This document shows, piece by piece, positions 60,724 through 64,000 of a stretch of 64,000 nt of DNA. Origin of the DNA: Nitrospinales bacterium (lineage in GTDB: Bacteria; Nitrospinota; Nitrospinia; Nitrospinales; VA-1); assembly GCA_965223795.1 (NCBI GenBank), contig CBDCXL010000002.1, positions 2,368,001 through 2,432,000 of the forward strand, read 5' to 3'. The translations under genes and the position numbers were made by a program. Below the pieces are notes generated by a model. It was given only the letters and a program-made list of their open reading frames with translations. It did not search any database and was not told where the DNA came from. Within the stretch, counting starts at the first letter, position 1. Each line of letters starts with the position of its first letter.

Positions 60724-63318
60724 TTACAGCTTGGGATCCACGACTTCGATGCGGTTTTCTTTTTTCAATTTACGCACCGGTATGTCCGCAATGGGAATCC
60801 CTGTTTGTTCACAAGTGAAAAGAGTCTGGGGATCGCCATTGAGTTTCACGCTGCGTTCCCGGCTCTTCCTGGTTTTTTTGTAATCGATGCGGATCTTTTT
60901 TTTGTGAAAGCCGGCCTCAAACCGGAACCTTGTGAGCGGGCTCAACGGATCGGGCTGGATCCTGAGCCGGCCGAATTCGGACCGGAACCCGAACACGTAA
61001 GCGATCAGGATCTTTAGCAGCACGTTGGAGCTTCCGGTCTGCCAGTCGTTCATCGACTCGCCGTCGAGCCCTTTGTCCGGGTTGTGCAGATAGGAATTGG
61101 GCATCACGAAGGGAGTCAGGTTGTAGTTTTCGTGGATGGCGGTGAACGGCAGCAGCTTTTGCAGCTGGGCCCAGGCGCGCTGCGATTCGCCGACGGCGAA
61201 CAGGGACGCGATCCCGAACAGCGTCGCGTGGTTGTAGGTGGCGCCGTTTTCCGCCGTGCCCGGCGGCAGCTTGGGGATGCGGCCGAACCACTTCTCGGTG
61301 CCGCGGGCGAACGCGGGATGAAAGGTCCTGAGGCCGTATTTGTCGTCCAGCGTGTCGTACGCACCGAGGATGGACGCGGTCAGGTCGAGCCCGTTTTTCT
61401 CTTTCGCGTCTTTGTGCAGGCCGCTCAAAATCCAGTAGGCGTGGCTGGTGAGACTCAGCCGGGAAGCGCCGTCCGGGTCGTTAAATCCGCCCACTGTGTA
61501 TTTTGCGTCGTCGCCGAATCCGTGCGCGATGCGTTGCTCTCCCTTCGATCTTAAGACCGCGTTCTGGGTCAGACCGGCATAGAGCTTTCGCTGCGCCGTG
61601 CGCCAGCGGCGGATCTCGCCTGAGTGCTTCTTCTCCAGTTTCAAGTGGGACAACAGCGCGAGCATGTCGGTGCAGTTTTTGTAAAGCTGCAGGCTTCCCA
61701 TCACCGTGGTGCCGGTTCCGAATTGCCTGTCCTTTTTTTGCGTGAGGCCCAATCCGTCGAGCGCGTCATTCCAGTCTCCGTACAGCGCCTTGAGCAGGTT
61801 CGTTTTGGCATCGATGTTCCGGATCAGGTAACGCAGGATGCGGAACAGATGTTCGAGCACCGTGTCCTTGAGCGCGGTGGGGCGGATTGCGCCGATGAAC
61901 GGGTTGTCCTCGACGATGTCGTGATAGCCCGCCTTGCGCGATAAAAAAGTGCGGTCGCCGGTGACCTTGACGTATTCCACCACAGTCTGGATCACCCACA
62001 GGCCCTGGTCGATGAACTCGCGCGTGTCGGCGATGCCGCTTCCGGGCAGATACTGCCTCAGGCAGCGGCCGCTGGGGACGGTGCGTTCCAGGGCTTCGAG
62101 GATTTTGGCGCGCGCCGCTGCGGGAGCGAAATAGAGATAGGCTTCCAGCGCCTGAAACACGTCGCGGATGCCGACCAGCGAGCGCGGCGCCACCTGCATG
62201 TATCCCTTGAGCTCCGAGCAGACCGTCACCTGCTGCTGCACGTTGATCAGAAACGGAAAGAAATCCCGGTCCCTGATTTCGCTGCGCACAGGATCGAACG
62301 CGCCGTCCATGCGCAGCGATTTGAGCCGTTCTTTGTGGCAACGGGCCGCCCGGTTCACGATGCGGTCGGTGTAGGCGGGCCGCACCGGACTGGAGAAGTC
62401 CGGTTTGTGCGCGCCGCGCGTGCGTTGATAGAGGTAGTCCGCACGCAGTGCGGCGCCGTTTGCGTACTCGAAAAACAGGGCATTGGCGAACACGCCGCGG
62501 TCGTTGAACACGGTTTCCGTGCGCTGCACGGGAAAATGCAGCCGTTCGAAGGCTTCGGCGCGGTTGAGGTTGCGGTTGCCGCCGCCGACGAACTCTTGCC
62601 TCGATGTGGTGGTTTCGTAACCTGTGATGCGGACTTGAGTTGAATGGATGCAGCTTCCGCGCAGCGCCGCATGGTGGGTGCGGGATGTGAGCCGGTCGGG
62701 ATCGTCGTGCACGGTGAATGTGCCGGGATAAAACTGCCAGCCGTTTTTTCCATACGCACGCCGCCGGGACCGGGTTTTTGCCGTGAGGAACCAGCGGTCC
62801 TCGTCGCTTTGGCCCAGGCCGGATTTTTCGTGCGGGGCGAAATAACTGAGCAGGCGGCACTGGCTGCGGGCTTTTTTCAGTGTGAGAAACAGGGAGAAGA
62901 GAAGTTCGTTTTCGGGGCTTGCGGTGACCCGGACGACGCTTACAATGTCCTGCCAACGGGTGATGTAATAGGTCGCATGCGCGGTGAACACGGTGGCGCG
63001 GCGGGCGTTCGCGGAAAGATGCGGCACGGGCAAAAGCGGGAGCACCGTTTTGCCGGTGCTGAGAAAAAACGCGATGGCCGGCTCCTCGCCTTCTTTGGTG
63101 ACCGGGAACAGCTGATGCAGACCGTCGGAAGCGTACAGGTAGCCATCCGCCTGGCACCACAGGGTGAATCCGTTGCTGCCGTAGACGAAACGGCCCTGGG
63201 GAGAATCGCCCTGGGTGACGCCGCCGCCTCCGGGGAGGAACGCATAGCCGCGCCGGCCGGGCCTGTGGATTTCGGAGGCCTGAACGGCGGACCGGACATC
63301 TTTGGGAAGCAAGGGCAT
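60724..63318 (-). CDS. GH94 family glycoside phosphorylase
   Basis: GIRDVFQ, GDWNDALD, PGTAENGATYNHA, MPNSY, WQTGS. Confidence 0.85.
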   Translation of the reverse strand: MPLLPKDVRSAVQASEIHRPGRRGYAFLPGGGGVTQGDSPQGRFVYGSNGFTLWCQADGYLYASDGLHQLFPVTKEGEEPAIAFFLSTGKTVLPLLPVPHLSANARRATVFTAHATYYITRWQDIVSVVRVTASPENELLFSLFLTLKKARSQCRLLSYFAPHEKSGLGQSDEDRWFLTAKTRSRRRAYGKNGWQFYPGTFTVHDDPDRLTSRTHHAALRGSCIHSTQVRITGYETTTSRQEFVGGGNRNLNRAEAFERLHFPVQRTETVFNDRGVFANALFFEYANGAALRADYLYQRTRGAHKPDFSSPVRPAYTDRIVNRAARCHKERLKSLRMDGAFDPVRSEIRDRDFFPFLINVQQQVTVCSELKGYMQVAPRSLVGIRDVFQALEAYLYFAPAAARAKILEALERTVPSGRCLRQYLPGSGIADTREFIDQGLWVIQTVVEYVKVTGDRTFLSRKAGYHDIVEDNPFIGAIRPTALKDTVLEHLFRILRYLIRNIDAKTNLLKALYGDWNDALDGLGLTQKKDRQFGTGTTVMGSLQLYKNCTDMLALLSHLKLEKKHSGEIRRWRTAQRKLYAGLTQNAVLRSKGEQRIAHGFGDDAKYTVGGFNDPDGASRLSLTSHAYWILSGLHKDAKEKNGLDLTASILGAYDTLDDKYGLRTFHPAFARGTEKWFGRIPKLPPGTAENGATYNHATLFGIASLFAVGESQRAWAQLQKLLPFTAIHENYNLTPFVMPNSYLHNPDKGLDGESMNDWQTGSSNVLLKILIAYVFGFRSEFGRLRIQPDPLSPLTRFRFEAGFHKKKIRIDYKKTRKSRERSVKLNGDPQTLFTCEQTGIPIADIPVRKLKKENRIEVVDPKL

Positions 63319-63662
63319 GTTCGCTCCCTACGGATTGCATGACAGCGAGGCCGTGGAAGGGGCCCCTCAGTTTTGTGAAATAAAATTTACCGGGTTGATT
63401 TATATCTATAATATCACTATTTTCAATAATTTATGATAAATTCCTGTTGTTTTCAGGAGCCTTAGCCTAGGGGTGGGGTCCGGAAAAAAACGCAGGGCGT
63501 GACCGGGAAGGGCTGAAAAAACGGCGCTTTATATCTAAATAGTTGTTTTTAAATGGTTTTATCGCTATTCTGGGGGTTCGGCACCCTATGGCACGGGGTT
63601 TCCGGATACCGAACGGATTCCGGGGGCCCTCGGTCCAACCCATCTAACGTTGAGGATTCGAC

Positions 63663-64000
63663 ATGCGTGAAGGCAATCCCAGGGTCAAGACGCTGGCGCC
63701 GCACGGCAGGGTCAAGGCCCTGGTGGTGGACGATGAGGAAATGAACCGGGTTCTTTTGACCGACGCCCTGGAGGCCATCGGCGTTGAGGTGCGGCAGGCG
63801 GCGAACGGCAAGCAGGCGATGGAGCAGATCGGCCGCGAGGAACCGGACATCGTCTTCCTGGACATGCGAATGCCTGTCATGGACGGCATGGAAACGCTGC
63901 ACAACATCAATGAACGTTACGGCTACCGTCATTTCCACATCATCGGCACCTCCGCCTCGGATTCTCCGCTGCAGCAAAACGAGTTTCTCCAGACCGGATG
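63663..64000 (+). CDS. Response regulator receiver protein (truncated by window end)
   Basis: Manual translation ...ALVVDDEEMNR...DIVFLDMRMPVMDG...GTSAS; RBS GAGGA. Confidence 0.88.
   Translation, partial: MREGNPRVKTLAPHGRVKALVVDDEEMNRVLLTDALEAIGVEVRQAANGKQAMEQIGREEPDIVFLDMRMPVMDGMETLHNINERYGYRHFHIIGTSASDSPLQQNEFLQTG

Noticed and set aside
58204..61017. 937-aa plus-strand ORF
   Set aside because: Antisense shadow of the SSS transporter and GH94 genes.
63589..63604. sigma54-like TGGCAC upstream of the last regulator
   Set aside because: The -12 element reads TTCC rather than TTGC.
1..64000. CRISPR arrays, tRNA/rRNA, transposases or integrases
   Set aside because: No regularly spaced repeats, RNA gene signatures or recombinase motifs were seen.

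Overview
Chromosomal window from a nitrite-oxidising bacterium, most likely Nitrospina-like (Nitrospinota); this is inferred from a periplasmic-type nxrA-nxrB-nxrC operon. From left to right: (1) a fused indolepyruvate:ferredoxin oxidoreductase gene converging on a thiolase/DUF35/3-hydroxyacyl-CoA DH/acyl-CoA DH/enoyl-CoA hydratase/CN-hydrolase operon; (2) an AT-rich NarX/NarL-class two-component pair directly upstream of nxrABC, with a large inverted repeat in the nxr leader; (3) an osmotic/general-stress cluster (trkH/trkA, two mscS, yqaE, two DUF1328, two csbD, osmY, bacterioferritin-like) with several sigma54 promoters, a shared candidate enhancer and a pseudo-receiver bEBP; (4) selO, an RND pump, a small MITE and crcB; (5) the most unusual region, about 46-63 kb. 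It holds a glycan-processing/TPR-barrel operon; two tiny secreted cationic proteins sharing a PEP-CTERM-like C-terminal tail that I do not recognise (WCxxxPDxCKPPTVSELP-TM-RRR); an exosortase whose catalytic Cys position reads Ser; an EpsI-glycosidase fusion lipoprotein; a convergent receiver-HEAT-processive GT2 module; and an SSS symporter plus GH94 phosphorylase. All calls come from reading motifs by eye; no database searches were run.
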